Positions 28,005 through 43,099 of a stretch of 64,000 bases of DNA are shown piece after piece (positions within the stretch are counted from its first letter, which is position 1; each line of letters begins with the position of its first letter). Both the position numbers and the translations under genes were made by a program. Location: assembly GCA_964016885.1 (NCBI GenBank), contig OZ024743.1:108128001-108192000 (forward strand), written 5' to 3'. Under the pieces are notes generated by a model. The model saw only the letters and a program-made list of their open reading frames with translations, was not told the origin of the DNA and did no database searches. This stretch comes from Eledone cirrhosa (taxonomy: Eukaryota).

Positions 28005-28185
28005 ATCATCATTTCTACTCTAGACACAAGGCCAGCAAATTGCATTACTGGTTCTTTAATTTGTCGACTTCCTAATGATGAAAGGCAAAGTTAACCGCGT
28101 TTGGATTTGAACACCGAACGTAAATGGCCTTACCTCTATGCAGCAAAGCATGGTTTCCGACGCTCTAGTGATACTGCTAATCCAA
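28005..28185 (-). mobile_element. Diverged copy of the tRNA-derived SINE
   Basis: Contains cacaaggccagc, cattactgg, gatgaaaggcaaagttaacc, gatttgaac and aaagcatgg with many substitutions. Confidence 0.8.
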
Positions 28186-29484
28186 ATAATCATAATACTT
28201 CAGCTTCATTTTTTTTACGCAAAGGCTTCTCATGATTCATTACTACAATCACCACCATCGCCAGCACTACCCTTATCCACTACATTATATTTATCATCAT
28301 CAGAGGTTTTCTTGATATTGTTGGCGTGTCTGAAAACATTCAGTGTGAATTTACCTTGAAGCACTCCAGTCATACATATCAGCCTTTAAAATACCTCTAT
28401 GCTCAAGTTATAACGAATCGAAAGTTCTTATATAGATGATGGGTCAAATGAAACGAGAAAAATACCAATAAATCATCACACACACCCCTCACATACACTC
28501 AAATATACCCATACATTTCCTTCTGTTTTTAAGCTTCATAATAACATTTTTACATTCATCTACGAATTTCCCGTTGAAGATTTAAAGTATTTTATTATCA
28601 CACCAGTCAAGCTCATTCACAAGACCCATGCCGCACAAGATACAGCAAAATTACAAAATTGCAATATTCAAACACAACTATCAAATCTACACCCAAACCT
28701 CTTGACAAAACAGCAGCCTGTGACACCTAACTATTGAATAATTGGCTTATCGCCTATATTTTCTCACCAGAAACATTTTGTAAACATATACCACCATATA
28801 TATATATATATATATATATACATATGCAGTGAGATGTCAAACAACATGTTTCGACAACAAGATTTTATTCGCAAAACAAAGGGCAGATTCTGGTTACAGA
28901 AAGAGATGCCTGGGCATATAGTGGAATAGGGCCATGAAACACGAAACAAATCTCTTAGTCACCTCAGCCATTCTTACACATATGTATAATCTTGTGTGTG
29001 AGTTAGGTTCATATCATACATACGCACGTACATATATTTAATCTTACACCCAAAGTTGTGTAGGAATCAACACACATCTACCCACATACATACATATACG
29101 CAGCACATACACACATATATACACCACCACCCAGATCTTTGCCTAACTTTAACGTTTTAATTATCTCCTCCAAATCGCCACGTTTCACATACTCTCAGCT
29201 AAATAATAATGAAGCGAGAATACTTTCATCAAATTCAATCGTATTGAACTGTTTGCATCGATTAACCTGTTTATTGATTTCTGATCGATAACCGTATCTC
29301 ATTAAATAGATTTTCAAGACTTCCTCACATTTTGTTGCAACGTCAAATCTATTCATTAACTACTTCACCTTCTGCAGTCTCTCTATATTTTCTCCCCCGC
29401 CCCACCCCCGTATTATCTATCAATCAATCTATCAATCAATCGCTAGCCCATCCCTCATCTTCCCACATCTTACTCCCTCTCTCA

Positions 29485-29558
<74 letters not shown>

Positions 29559-29835
29559 TACCTCTGTAACTACGTGTGCATTTGAATGTGTATGTGTTGT
29601 AGTCCATATGTGTATAACTACACATGTGTGTGTTTCTATGGAATTGTGGGTCTATGCTTCTATACGTTCAAGCATATCTGTGTATTCATAACATATGCAT
29701 CTGTATACTTAATGTATATGCAGACATATATATATAAACATATGCATGTTGTGTATGTATCCGTAGGCACAACAAGAAATGCTTGCATAACAGTTTTTGC
29801 CTTAATCATTGCATATAACGATTGAAGGTTTATAC

Positions 29836-29921
<86 letters not shown>

Positions 29922-30045
29922 ATTAAAAAGTTCTCTATGTTTCGTAAAACCCAATCTTGATAGCACATATATATATATATATAAATTTGAGAAATAAAGT
30001 ATGCGCATGCACACACACACACACACGCACACACACACACACACA

Positions 30046-30143
<98 letters not shown>

Positions 30144-30447
30144 CACACACACTAGTGAGGCAGGGAGCTGTAGAGAGGTTGACACAAAGAGAGACGTTAT
30201 ATATATATATATATATATATAGTGAGAGATAAATAGAGATAGAAAGATAGAAAGATAATGGGAATAGAGAGTAATAAAAAGTGATAAAGAAAGGCAATCA
30301 TGTAAGTGTGTGTATGGGTGTGGGTCAGAAACTGTAATGCCCTTGGGGCATTTTAGTGAGATTTACTCATCATCAATTAAGCTCTAATTAACTGAAAATG
30401 TGACTCTTAGACTGTCTTCTCGTTATGACGTGTATCAGCTGCCGGCA

Positions 30448-30562
<115 letters not shown>

Positions 30563-31499
30563 TATATATGTATATCTCTGTACATGTGTTTCCTTATGGA
30601 TGTAACGGTCATATATATATATATGTGTGTGTAGGGTTTGTGTGTGCATGTGTGTATGTGTGCGTGCGCATTGGTTGTGTGTGTGTGTGTGTAGGGGGGG
30701 GGGGGTAATAGAATAATGAGAAAAAACTCAATGCAAGAATAGCTGTTAAAACAGCAAAATTCCGTCAAATACGGCATCGGATGAAATTTACCTCAAAGGA
30801 GAGAAATCAGTGGTAGAAATGCCTTGGCCCACATAAGTGATAGGAAGAAAGAAAACGAATGGCATAAGATCACACAAATATCATCTCACTTTTTCAGCTC
30901 TCAGCCCGACTGTAGTTTCGCCCCATTGAACATGCGAGGACTACATAAAATTAGCAGTCATGCATCAGAAAATAAATATTCCTGCTGGTATGTTGTATGC
31001 ATGATGAAAAAATGAATTAGAAAGAGAAAGAGATAGATCTGAGAGAGAGAAAAAAAATGCGTCCGCTCGACACCAAGTCGCCGCTAGAAAAGACTTTGTG
31101 TCGGGCACATGCCACCACAAATGTTTTTTTTTCTGTTGCACAATCTAACATTTTAAAATGGGCCTCTCAATTAAATCGTGCGAAAACATTTTGCTGATTT
31201 GAGAGATGATGAGGGTGAAGATGTGATTGTGTAAACTTGTCTTGTACATCGCCTTTCTTTATTTTCTCTTCCGATCACTTCTGTGCGTTAACACACTTCT
31301 CCTGCTCCTACTCTTTCAATCTTTTCTATATACCATCTACCTTGTGGATTATTTATCTATTGACCTCTGAACGTGGGACTCTCTCGGTGGCATTTTTTGC
31401 CCTTCGCTGTCTTTGACAGCATACAGTTGTTTTACCAGCTGTTCTAGCGATGCGTTTTCTCATTTTTTATAAGTATGCAAATACAGTCTCGCTTTTTTT

Positions 31500-31538
<39 letters not shown>

Positions 31539-31639
31539 AATATAGGGAGAAGAATACTGCATGGTTGCACATGGATTACATGTTATAAAATGAGTCCCTC
31601 ATCAGTGATTTGCCAACGATCATTGGTATTTCATCGCAT

Positions 31640-31670
<31 letters not shown>

Positions 31671-31796
31671 GACAAGTAAAGATGTGGGTTCGACTCCCAT
31701 GTACGTCAATACTCATCTTTTTCCATTTATCTGACGGCTCTAAACCCCATTATCAGACTAAAATTTCTTTAGTCAAAATTACGGTGAAAGCTATTC

Positions 31797-31873
<77 letters not shown>

Positions 31874-33368
31874 GTGTGTGTGTGCGAGCGTGTGAGCGGA
31901 CGTTGGTGTGTCTCTGTTAGGGTGTATATATTGGCCTGCATAATACCAATAGCAGGCAGAAACCTGACCAGTCTGTCATCAGACATTTTCTGTATGCTAA
32001 CGATGGAAACTTTCCTCCTCTTAGATGGACATGCAGACACTTGTGGACCTCTTTTCTGTGACACAAAAAAAGACCAAGTTTATTTTTACACCACATCCTG
32101 GGTAACATTAAGCCACACTCAACGTCTGTTCAGGTTCAGATTTTGAATGTGTTTGATACATTTGTCTACTAACATGGACCTTTCTCCAGAGATGGTTCCG
32201 GTTTTTGTTATACCTCTGAGTGTTCTGGTTTCAAAGAGCCGGAATAAATACCGCAAAACCTTTTAACATTGTGTCAAACGCTCTGACGATTCTGTCATTC
32301 TTCCAATCATATCGTGACAATAGAAATTTCGCTCATAATGACAAAGTAAATTAAGACGATGATGATGTTGATGTCAAGATAAATTGTGATGATGATGATG
32401 ATGATGATGATATATAAGCACAAGGCTGGAATTTATGTAGCGTGGTTGGTGTTGACTCCATTCCAAGTACATAGTTTTTGGTCGGTGTCGGAAATTATTA
32501 TCATAATGATGAAGATTCTTTCATTCCTTCCGGTAGCAATAAAATAAGTACTAGTCAAGAACTAAGGTCAGCGAAAATGCCTATATATTTCTATCTCTCT
32601 CTTTCTCCCCCCCCCCCCTTCTCATTCTATCACTTACTCACTCAAACACACACACACATATATAGACACACATAGACACACACGATAATTTGTCGCCTTT
32701 GTACTTTTATTTCCCGCTCGAAATTGTACGCGGGACGCTTTTCAGCCTGTCTTATAAATCGTCATTATACTGATGAAAATATAAATACCAGAGTGATGAT
32801 GATGATGAGGTTGTTGTTTGTGTTCTTGTTGTTGAAGGGGATGATGACATTGTTAGATAGTGGTGTTCTTAATGTTGGTATCGGTGGTGTTGGTGTATGT
32901 TGGTGTAACTGGCTCGGTCGTTATATTCAGGATCAGAATTTTGGAGATATGCTGTCAATTTATTTATTTATTAGTATTAGTAATGGTGGGGGTAGTAGTA
33001 GTAGTTTGATCATTATTAATATTTACCAGTGGGAACAAAATAATGTGATGTGTTGTGACAAGTTGTCAGGAAGGTCGGGTTGTATATATAAAAAAATGTA
33101 GAATATTCACTGTTCTCTCTGGGAAAGCATACATGCACACATACGAACTCAGACGCACATGTATATACATGAGATTATATACAGGCACATACAAGATTAT
33201 ACATATACACACAAACACGTACACAGACACAAGACTATACAGCAGACATAAACGCACATTCTGGATTAGGCTCAAGCGCACACATACACACGCACACACA
33301 GAGGGAAACACAGCTGCACACAAGCATATACATGGTCACACACATTTCTGACTTTAAATTTGAAAGCG

Positions 33369-33400
<32 letters not shown>

Positions 33401-33425
33401 TGAGAGAGAGAGAGAGAGAGAGAGA

Positions 33426-33487
<62 letters not shown>

Positions 33488-34009
33488 CATCCTAAGAAAT
33501 ATCGGAACTGTCGTGCTGGCAGTTAGTAATTGAGCCCCTTGATGTTTAGTGATATTGAGCGCCGTAGTGGCGAGGTGCACTATCAATCTATCAATCTACC
33601 CTTTGTTAGTATCATGCGAAAGTATCGTCGAGTATCATGCGATGGTATCGTGTAATATCATGCGATGGTATGATGTAGTATCATGTAGTGTCACGCGATG
33701 TTCTGTTTTGTTCAACACTTTGCTCCTATTTGATGAATGCACAAACGAACAGAATATATTTCAGTCTAATAGACGGATGATGATATAGTTCATAAGAAGC
33801 TAGCATCAATTGCTTGGATCAACCATGGTTTCTAAGTTAGGCCCAAGCCCAGGAATTTTAGTGGATAGGGAAAAGTTGATTAAAACGACCCCAAATGCTT
33901 GACAAGAACAGAAAGATTCACATCTAAATGCCGCAGAGTATTTTCTACAACGTTCTAATGATTTTGCCATGCAGCCTTGAAGTAATAGGTTTCTTCTTCC
34001 TGTCAAAGT

Positions 34010-34350
34010 GCGGCTGGTGATAGTGATGTCATGTTCATATTATGAGAACCTGAGTTTATTCTTCTTCTGGAAGGTGGGGCAATTGTTGGTGAGGTTGTGC
34101 GTGGCACTCTCAGATATAGTCTGAATTCATTGTTCTTGTTTTAATTTGCACAACACCATGATTCCAGATTTCTCATTCCATTTTACAATCTCCCGTATTG
34201 TTTGTGTATTATAAAGCGACTTTGCCTGATTATCAATTATGCTAACCTGTGTCCCAAACAGTTTACACACCATACTGTTCCGCACAGCAAATACGCTCTC
34301 ATGTCGATTTACACTCTCGTGGGAACCCTCTACAGGAGAAGATATAGCAC
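34010..34350 (-). mobile_element. Highly decayed RTE-BovB-type endonuclease remnant
   Basis: Manual translation gives RHESVFAVRNSMV and NLTNNCPTFQKKNKLRFS, resembling the GVGFAVRN and ITNTxFQxKNK motifs. Confidence 0.5.
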
Positions 34351-35374
34351 TTACCAACGTCCTTAGAATAATCCTCTTTAAGCAGTTTAGTTTTACTCAG
34401 TGCATACATATCTACACTGTAACATTATGGTTTAGTGGCTATAATGATCATTGCGGCCAGTTTGTTGATTTCCCAGCATCAATGGTGCTAGAATTGGACG
34501 GTTATTGTTTATATCCTGTTAAGGATCTCTGCAACTGGTGGGAAAGAGACAGTGAGAAGGTGAGCAACATGTCGATAAACTGGAGGCCTGGGATAAATGC
34601 CTGCAACAGATTGGATTCAGCAACGCTAAAGGCGTGAAAATACAACATGCTGGTGTTTAAACTGGACGAATAATTGTTCCAATTGATCGATCAACGGCAC
34701 ATACAGCTCATGAAATTTAACGTTAAAGTGGCTGAGCATTCCACTGATGCGTGTACTCTTAGAGTAATTACACCGTGATACAGTATAAGTCTAACTTAAT
34801 TCTCGGGCAAAAATCAAAGTGATACAATTTGTGACAAGGATCGACCTTTGAATTAGAAGTTCAATTAATCCAACATACATACAGTTCCCTTCCACTCAAT
34901 TTCATTTACAAGACTTGGGTGGACCTGAGATTATGCTGAAAAAACTTGTACGGATTCAACGTAATGGGATCGAATCTATATAACATTGTAATTTCGAAAC
35001 CAACTATTTAACTGCTCAGCTGTACCTGTATCTACATACAGACACACACTACAGAAATATATTTTTTAATTTGTAGTTTTGAGACAGACTGTAAAATATA
35101 TCTGTATAACATTGGATATTTCTAACGGCCACTGACAATGTCATTCAAAACAGATAATAGAGAGAGAACAAAAACATATAAATATGAATCCCAAAACAGG
35201 GAACAAACAAACAAACAAACATGAACGATGGTGTAAATATTAGGTGGCGACATATATGACATATTTGGGTTAATTACATCACTGGTTCTGGCATTTTCTA
35301 TTGGAGAGTACAAATGTAATGATAATAATGATGACAATAAGATTAAAAATGAAATAACTGATTCAATAACATAT

Positions 35375-35580
<206 letters not shown>

Positions 35581-35716
35581 CATACATATGGAGCTGTTTG
35601 TGCGTGTGAGTATATATTACCAACAATGGTAGGTTGACAGTACATGTGTGATATTCGTGTGTGCTATATTAATGGCAGCTTGTGACAATCGCCACCGTTC
35701 GCCACTGTTAATCCAA

Positions 35717-35830
<114 letters not shown>

Positions 35831-36434
35831 TTTGGAAAGCCAGTGAGAACAATTGAGAAGGGGTGAGAAGTTGAGGACGATGAAGAATGTTTTAGTGTGA
35901 ACGGAAACATGTTATTGGATAACATCAACATATATGGTGAGATTAATTTTCGGTGTCAATATACTTAGCTAAATAGCTAGTATTTTATCATGGTAGTACT
36001 AGTACCGCTACTAACTAAAATATTTAGCATTTGATATGTATTGCATCGTTGGTAAAATGTGATAGTTTGTCACTCTTGGAATGTGTCTTGTCAATCTAAT
36101 GTCGTATATATTATATTGTTCGTGAGCGGAGGAATGGCAGAGACTAAAATATCGAGAACATGCTTTGCAATATTTACTTATGGAATTCTAAGTTCTGATT
36201 ATAAATCCAGCGGAGGTCAACTTTACCTTTCATCATTACTGTGTCGATAAAATAAAGTAGAAGCACTGGCGTCGATTTGCTTGACTTTCCTCTCCATTTC
36301 AAATCGTTTGACCACGTGTCAAATTTAGAAACAATTATATATTGACTAAAGAATAAAATTATCTTAATAAAAGCTATATTGCCTCAAAGTTATAGTAAAC
36401 TCTGGTAGTCATGTATTACATTAATGATTTGAAT

Positions 36435-36622
36435 CCATTTTGGCAGTATCGGTAGAGGGTCGGACGCCATGCTTTAACGCATAGAGTTACGGCCCTTGTC
36501 CTTCTGTGTTCAAATCCCGCCGAGGTTAACTTTGCCTTTCATCCTTACGGGGTCGATAAAATAAAGTACCAGTAATGCACTGGGTAATTGCTGGCCTTGT
36601 GCCAAATGTAGAAACAATTATT
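36435..36622 (+). mobile_element. tRNA-derived SINE
   Basis: TGGCAGTATCGG, then GTGTTCAAATCC, the body, and gtagaaacaattatt. Confidence 0.9.
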
Positions 36623-37120
36623 TCATTTTATGAAATATTATTTCATTTTATGACATCCAGAGTCCACACATATTTGATTAAATAAAACCAAGCAACAGCG
36701 ACTACAGACAGCAGGTATTCATGATCATGGTGAATGACAATCATCACCAATATCATTTATATCTACCTTATTTATGGTAAATAAAAAAAATCGTTACCAG
36801 TAATGTTGTTTTTGTTGTTGATTGCTGTGAAGGTACGTGTTTAAATAAGCTTCCGAAAAAATAGATTTCACAAGCTTCAGGGAGGGAAAGATAATGTGAA
36901 GCGGTTTATTCAGAGAGACTGCCACTTTTCTCGAGGAATTTATCCAATGAGGAAAGTCATGTCTTTCTTTTGTAAATTACCTTTATTGGGAAGATGTAGA
37001 GGCTTTATTCGACATTCAAGAAGATGATTGTTACTGGAAATGTCCAAACAAACTGAAAACCAGCGCCTTGTTTGTAAAACCGATTGTGCCAAAAGGCTGT
37101 TGCTGCAGTACAAGAAATAT

Positions 37121-37360
37121 GAAGAAGAAGAAGAAGAAGAAGAAGAAGAAGAAGAAGAAGAAGAAGAAGAAGAAGAAGAAGAAGAAGAAGAAGAAGAAGA
37201 AGAAGAAGAAGAAGAAGAAGAAGAAGAAGAAGAAGAAGAAGAAGAAGAAGAAGAAGAAGAAGAAGAAGAAGAAGAAGAAGAAGAAGAAGAAGAAGAAGAA
37301 GAAGAAGAAGAAGAAGAAGAAGAAGAAGAAGAAGAAGAAGAAGAAGAAGAAGAAGAAGAA
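37121..37360. repeat. Pure (GAA)80 microsatellite
   Basis: 240 bp of uninterrupted GAA. Confidence 0.97.
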
Positions 37361-37579
37361 TATGTACAATGTTTCTATTACAACAATAACAAAAAAACCT
37401 CCCGGAATTTTTGGCATTACCCTTATGTCAGAAATTGCTATTGGACAGCTGAAATATTTCAGGACGACATGGATTCGTCATAATGTTTCGTAAATTTGGA
37501 TATTTTTTCTTTTTTATGTCTGTATGTAGGTGTGTTTTTATGTTTTATTAACTGAGAGCTAATATGATTAGGCGTCATA

Positions 37580-37866
37580 TGGCCCTTGCTATTCTGAGTT
37601 CAAATCCCGTCGAGGTTAACTTTGCCTTTCATCCTTACGGGGTCGATAAAATAAAGTACCAGTAATGCACTGGTGGGTTGCTGACCTTGTGCCGAAAGAA
37701 GAAACAATTATTTCTTCTTTGACGCATAGAGTTACGGCCCTTGCCATTCTGAGTTCAAATCCCGCCGAGGTTAACTTTGCCTTTCATCCCTACGGGGTGG
37801 ATAAAATGAAGTACCAGTAATGTAGTGGTTAATTGCTGGCCTTGTGCCAAAAGTGGAAACAATTAT
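37580..37866 (+). mobile_element. Two tandem 5'-truncated SINE copies (37580-37712 and 37720-37866)
   Basis: Each has the B box gagttcaaatcc, the body and the gaaacaattatt end. Confidence 0.88.
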
Positions 37867-39403
37867 TTCTCAAATTTAACCATTTACACTCAATATTACA
37901 CATACTTTATGTTAAGGAAAGGTCAAAGGTGATATTGTTCATGTATTACGATAAACTGCATTAAGTAATTACTAATGAACATTAAAAAGTATATTTTGTA
38001 CTCTTGTCATATAATGAGGTCATATAAAGAAGTCACACACATACATATATTAATACGCATACATATGCACATATGCATGCACATACACACGCACATACAG
38101 GCACACACGCATACACACACATACACATACACACACATACACACACACACATACACACATATATATATATATATACATATACATATGTGTGTATATTTAT
38201 ATGATTAATTATGGAGCCATTCATTACGCTCTCCGTTTTCGCTATAAGCTTAAGTGTGATGTAAATGCACTATATATCTACATGTATACACACATAAACA
38301 TTTTCAATCATATAAGCATGTGGGTTTGTGCGTGTGTGTGTGTGCGTGTGTATGATTCATCTGTAAAATAAAGTCTGTGAGATATGTAGATAAACAGAGA
38401 AATACAACTAAAAAATTACATAAAAGCTATATATATATATATATACAGATATATTGATAAGGGATATAAAAATAGGATATAAAAATAGAGAAATACCGTT
38501 TAAGGAAAATGGAGTATTATGTAATATTTTTATTGATATGGTTTCATACATACATGTATGCATACACATTCACATATAATAAATATGTGTATATGAACTT
38601 GGGAATTGATTTATCATGTGTTTGTGTGTGTGTGTGCGTATGTGTGTATTGCTGGAGGTGATAGAATACGTGAGCCTTTGTAAGCCATTTTGTGTTAAAA
38701 GGTTGAAAGGTCATCACAGCGTTGATAAATGTTGCCGAACGAAAAGATCAAGGGTTCGCGCTAAAAATAAAAATAAAAGTAAATAGAACAAAAAGAACGT
38801 AATTGAAAACATAAACAAATCACAAAAGTGAGAAAAGTAATAGAGAAAACAAAAAGAAAGTAAGGAAAGAAGGGAGAGAATAAAATATTTAATTGGCTTT
38901 CTCTGATTATTCCAGAAAGAACGCAAACCATGTCACATACGTCCACATATGTCGCACATGTATCTATGTGTGCGCGCTGGAGTGAGCGGTTTAGTCTTTA
39001 TCTACCGAAACCGTAGTGATTTCCAGAGGTTGACTGAGGAGTGGGACTGTTCCTCTCTTCGTTGTATTTGTCCACTGCCCCCCCCCCCCCCCCCATTTTG
39101 AATTTATATACTAAAGACTTAGCCATGCGGGCTTTTATTTTAAAACTATCATATAAATGACATCACACCACCATGCCTGTTATCCTCTATACCCCCTTCT
39201 TGCATTTTTCTACACCTCGCTGTCCTTCTTTGTCTGCACATTGGACTACAGCGCGTATTATTCCATTCTGTTTTACTTTCTCTCCTTTCTATATTTTTTC
39301 ACCTGTGGCATGGGCCGTGTGCACAGTGGTTGACTGTGGCGATGGACTGTCGGTCTTTCCGGTTTTTTTCCATTGTTTTTGTCGTGTGAGCGCAATATTT
39401 TGA

Positions 39404-39435
<32 letters not shown>

Positions 39436-39440
<5 letters not shown>

Positions 39441-39848
39441 GGCTGCCAAATCATTTTCGAGTACGGTCACTACTTTATATCCATGTAGGAGGACCTCTAC
39501 CGATGCGCTGAACGAGTGTGATTTTTAGTCCAGCCAGTGACTTGAAAACTCTGGTACAAACACTACATTGTGACAATTATTGACACATAGTGCTGGGCCC
39601 ATGGTACCATGTGACGACAAGTGCAGAGAGATCTCCAGATATAAAGCAATGCCTGTGCCGTGAAGCTTTTATAGTGAGCAAAGGCACTGCACAAGGCCAG
39701 TCCCACTCTCTTAACCAGGATGATATTTACCAAAAAGAAGAACAAGTCAACATCATTGGATACCATCAGGGTTGCAGGTGTTACATCAGAGTTTTCCTTC
39801 TCCTAGAATTCTGCCTTGACAAAGGCTAAGGGGTCATCTCTCCTGGAG
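39436..39848 (-). mobile_element. 5'-truncated copy of the bipartite RTE-derived element
   Basis: Reverse complement of ~10053-10458; the ORF track shows near-identical peptides at both loci. Flanked by (TA)n. Confidence 0.85.
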
Positions 39849-39877
39849 AGAGTATATACAAATATACATACATACAT

Positions 39878-39979
<102 letters not shown>

Positions 39980-40029
39980 GTATATATATACATATATACA
40001 TGTCTCTCATTCTCTCTCTATATATATAC

Positions 40030-40067
<38 letters not shown>

Positions 40068-40102
40068 GTCACTATCTCACTCGCTTTCTCTTACAAGTAC
40101 AC

Positions 40103-40137
<35 letters not shown>

Positions 40138-40160
40138 CATACACACACATACACACACAC

Positions 40161-40193
<33 letters not shown>

Positions 40194-40629
40194 TATATAT
40201 ATGTACGTTATTCCTGATGATTTCTAATGAATGAAACAGTTCTAGTCCTGTAGAATCTCTTCTATATATTTATATATATATATATATACGTAGCTACACA
40301 TACAATAACACGGTCCAATTTGAACACTCATTTTAACCACATGAAGAACATTTCCCGAGATTATCTCTGTTGCTGACATCCAACATCCAGCCCCTCCATT
40401 CCCCTTCTCTATTTTCCCAGCCTTCCGTCTTTCTCTCACTCCTTGTGCATGCCTCTCTCTCACCCTCTATCTAAACTTGTCCAGTCTTTCTATTCCGTCT
40501 TTCGCGTAAAAAAAAAAAAAAAAAAAAAAAGCAACGGCTTCCTTTGCAAGCCACCCAGGTCCAGTTATATAGTAAAGTACTTTATCGTTATCTTCTTTCG
40601 CTACTGCCGCTCATATTCTTATCGTTTAT

Positions 40630-40761
40630 CTAGTAGTAGTAGTAGTAGCAGTAGTAGTAGCAGTAGTAGTAGTAGTAGTAGTATAGTAGTTGTAGTATAG
40701 TAGTAGTAGTAGCAGTAGTAGTAGCAGTAGTAGTAGTAGTAGTAGTATAGTAGTTGTAGTA

Positions 40762-40811
<50 letters not shown>

Positions 40812-40845
40812 ATAGTGGCAGCAGTAGTAGTAGTGTTGCTGCTAG
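40630..40845. repeat. (TAG)n microsatellite with interruptions
   Basis: Seen directly; similar tracts at 41618-41752 and 54195-54256. Confidence 0.95.
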
Positions 40846-41174
40846 TGGTATTTGTGGTGGTGGTGTTGGTGTGGTGATGGACACATAATTGCCGAAGTTT
40901 GAATAAGTTCACTTCATAACCATTAGGCCCCAGATTTCTTGAAGAAACACCGACGAAACTGACGGAGGCCTATTACAATATTATTAAGATACTGTCGAGG
41001 GTTTTGTTTTTCTTATCGGAGGCAACGCTAGCACTCGCGTTGTTTGTGTTAATAATCGTAGTAGTAGTATTGGTGGTGGTGATAATGATCGTGGTAGTAT
41101 TTATTTAGTCCGTAATACCTCTGATCCAAAGGGTATTCTATCGAAGAGGTTCCATTCATGATCATCCCGCCTAT

Positions 41175-41582
41175 GATAATAAAAATTGTTTCTACATTAG
41201 GCAAAAGGCCAGCAATTAACCACTGCATTACTGGTACTTTATTTTATCGACCCCGTAAGGATGAAAGGCAAAGTCGACCTGGGCGGGATTTGAACTCAGA
41301 TCGTAAAGGGACGTAACTATGCTGGAGAGCATGGCGTCCGACCCTCTACCGATACTGCCTATTAATGATTTCTAGTATAGGCAAAAGGCAAGCACAGTGG
41401 GTGGAGGGGAATGTCGATTAAATCGACCTCAGTACATTACTGGTACGTTATTTTATCGACTCCGTAAGGATGAAATGCAAAATTAACCTCGGTGGGATTT
41501 GAACTAAGACTGTAAAGGGTTGTAACTCTATGCTACAAAGCATGCTGCGTGATTCTCTACCGATACTGCCAATCCACCGCCT
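41175..41582 (-). mobile_element. Two tandem SINE copies (41175-41360 and ~41370-41582)
   Basis: Both have the body and B box; ccgcctatgataataa is repeated at 41167 and 41577. Confidence 0.88.
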
Positions 41583-41638
41583 ATGATAATAATAATAGTT
41601 GCAGAATTAGCAGCATTTGTAGTAGTAGTAGTAGTAGC

Positions 41639-41699
<61 letters not shown>

Positions 41700-41702
41700 G
41701 TT

Positions 41703-41752
<50 letters not shown>

Positions 41753-41753
<1 letters not shown>

Positions 41754-41931
41754 ATAATAATTGTTTCTACTTTGGGCACAAGGCCATCAATTACCAGTAC
41801 ATTACAGATACTTTATTTTATCGATCCCGTAAGGATGAAAGGCAAAGTTAACCTCGGCGGGATTTGAATTCAGACGGCAAAGGGACGTAGCTATGCTGGA
41901 AAGCATGGCGTCCGACCCCCTACCGATACTG
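41753..41931 (-). mobile_element. tRNA-derived SINE
   Basis: Body and head present; the tail merges into (TAG)n. Confidence 0.9.
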
Positions 41932-42000
41932 CGGTAAGAATACAATCAACTTAAGTGATCTGTCGGTGAATAGACTTGAAGAGTGGGCCAACATTATCTG

Positions 42001-42186
42001 TGGACTGGCAGTATCGGTAGATGGTCGGTCGCCATGCTTTGCCGCATAGAGTTACGGCCCTTGCCATTCTGAGTTCAAATCCCGCCGAGGTTAACTTTGC
42101 CTTTCATCCTTACGGGGTCGATAAAATAAAGTACCAGTAATGCACTGGTAATTTGCTGGCCTTGTGCCAAAAGTAGAAACAATTAT
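42001..42186 (+). mobile_element. tRNA-derived SINE, inverted relative to 41753-41931
   Basis: A box TGGCAGTATCGG, B box GAGTTCAAATCC, body and tail. Confidence 0.92.
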
Positions 42187-42699
42187 CTGTGTATCACCAT
42201 AAATGAGTCTTCTGTAACCAGATGCTTGACAAAACCGCATGGTGCCAAAGTAGAATATTGGCCATGACGCCAATTTAGGATAGACTGCGAAAACTATTAG
42301 GACCAGACAAATAGATACATTGACTGATTCACATAGACATAAAGTATTACACACACACACAACACGTGCTTAATCACAATACCAAAAGCCGTTATTAAAT
42401 GTGTATTTGTGTGTGTGAGAGAGACAGACAGACAGAGAAATACATATATAAATAAATTTCTATGAAATGATTTCTACAGGACCAGAACTCTTTCCTTCAT
42501 TTAAAATCCTTGAGAAACTCACGTTTTATACGAATGAAACAACTCTATTCCGGTAGAAGTGATTTCTCTATTAAAGGATTTCATTTAACTTATTGAATAT
42601 GAGCATTTAAGTTATTGAATATAAATCTTCGTAAGGTTTCCAACTCCATTTCCATCATCTTAGTCTTTGTATATATAAATATATAGTTTATATTATATT

Positions 42700-42880
42700 T
42701 AATTGTTACTATTTTGGGCACAATGCCAGCAATTAACCAGTACATTACTGGTACTTTATGTTATCGACCCCGTAAGGATGAAAAGCAAAGTTAACCTCGG
42801 CGGGATTTGAACTCAGATCATAAGGGGACATAATTCTATGCTTCAAAGCATGGTGTCCGACTCTCTACCGAAACTGACAA
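42700..42880 (-). mobile_element. tRNA-derived SINE with target-site duplication
   Basis: tattatatttaat is duplicated at ~42690 and 42881. Confidence 0.88.
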
Positions 42881-43099
42881 TATTATATTTAATAACCCTT
42901 AAATGTATGTTTCGAGGTCCAGATTTAGCTGCCACTGTAAACCAGGACCAATGACAAACAGAAAGACTTAATATACGTTTGATGTTCATATTTCGTAAAG
43001 AGTTCCAGTGAAAAATGAAGGGGAGTAACTCTGACAACGAAACATCTGTATGAGATAAATAGAGAGAGATTTTAACAACTTATAGTGAGCAATATTACA

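Noticed and set aside
31683-31702. B-box-like GGTTCGACTCC
   Set aside because: Isolated, with no A box or tRNA fold; at most a SINE scrap.
37028-37493. Poly-E, poly-K and poly-F ORFs
   Set aside because: All derive from the (GAA)80 tract, with no coding context.
40213-40258. CTGATGA...GAAAC...GTC motif; related pieces at ~24168 and 42470-42560
   Set aside because: No helix I pairing and a weak helix II. It is a dispersed repeat, but I cannot support a ribozyme call.
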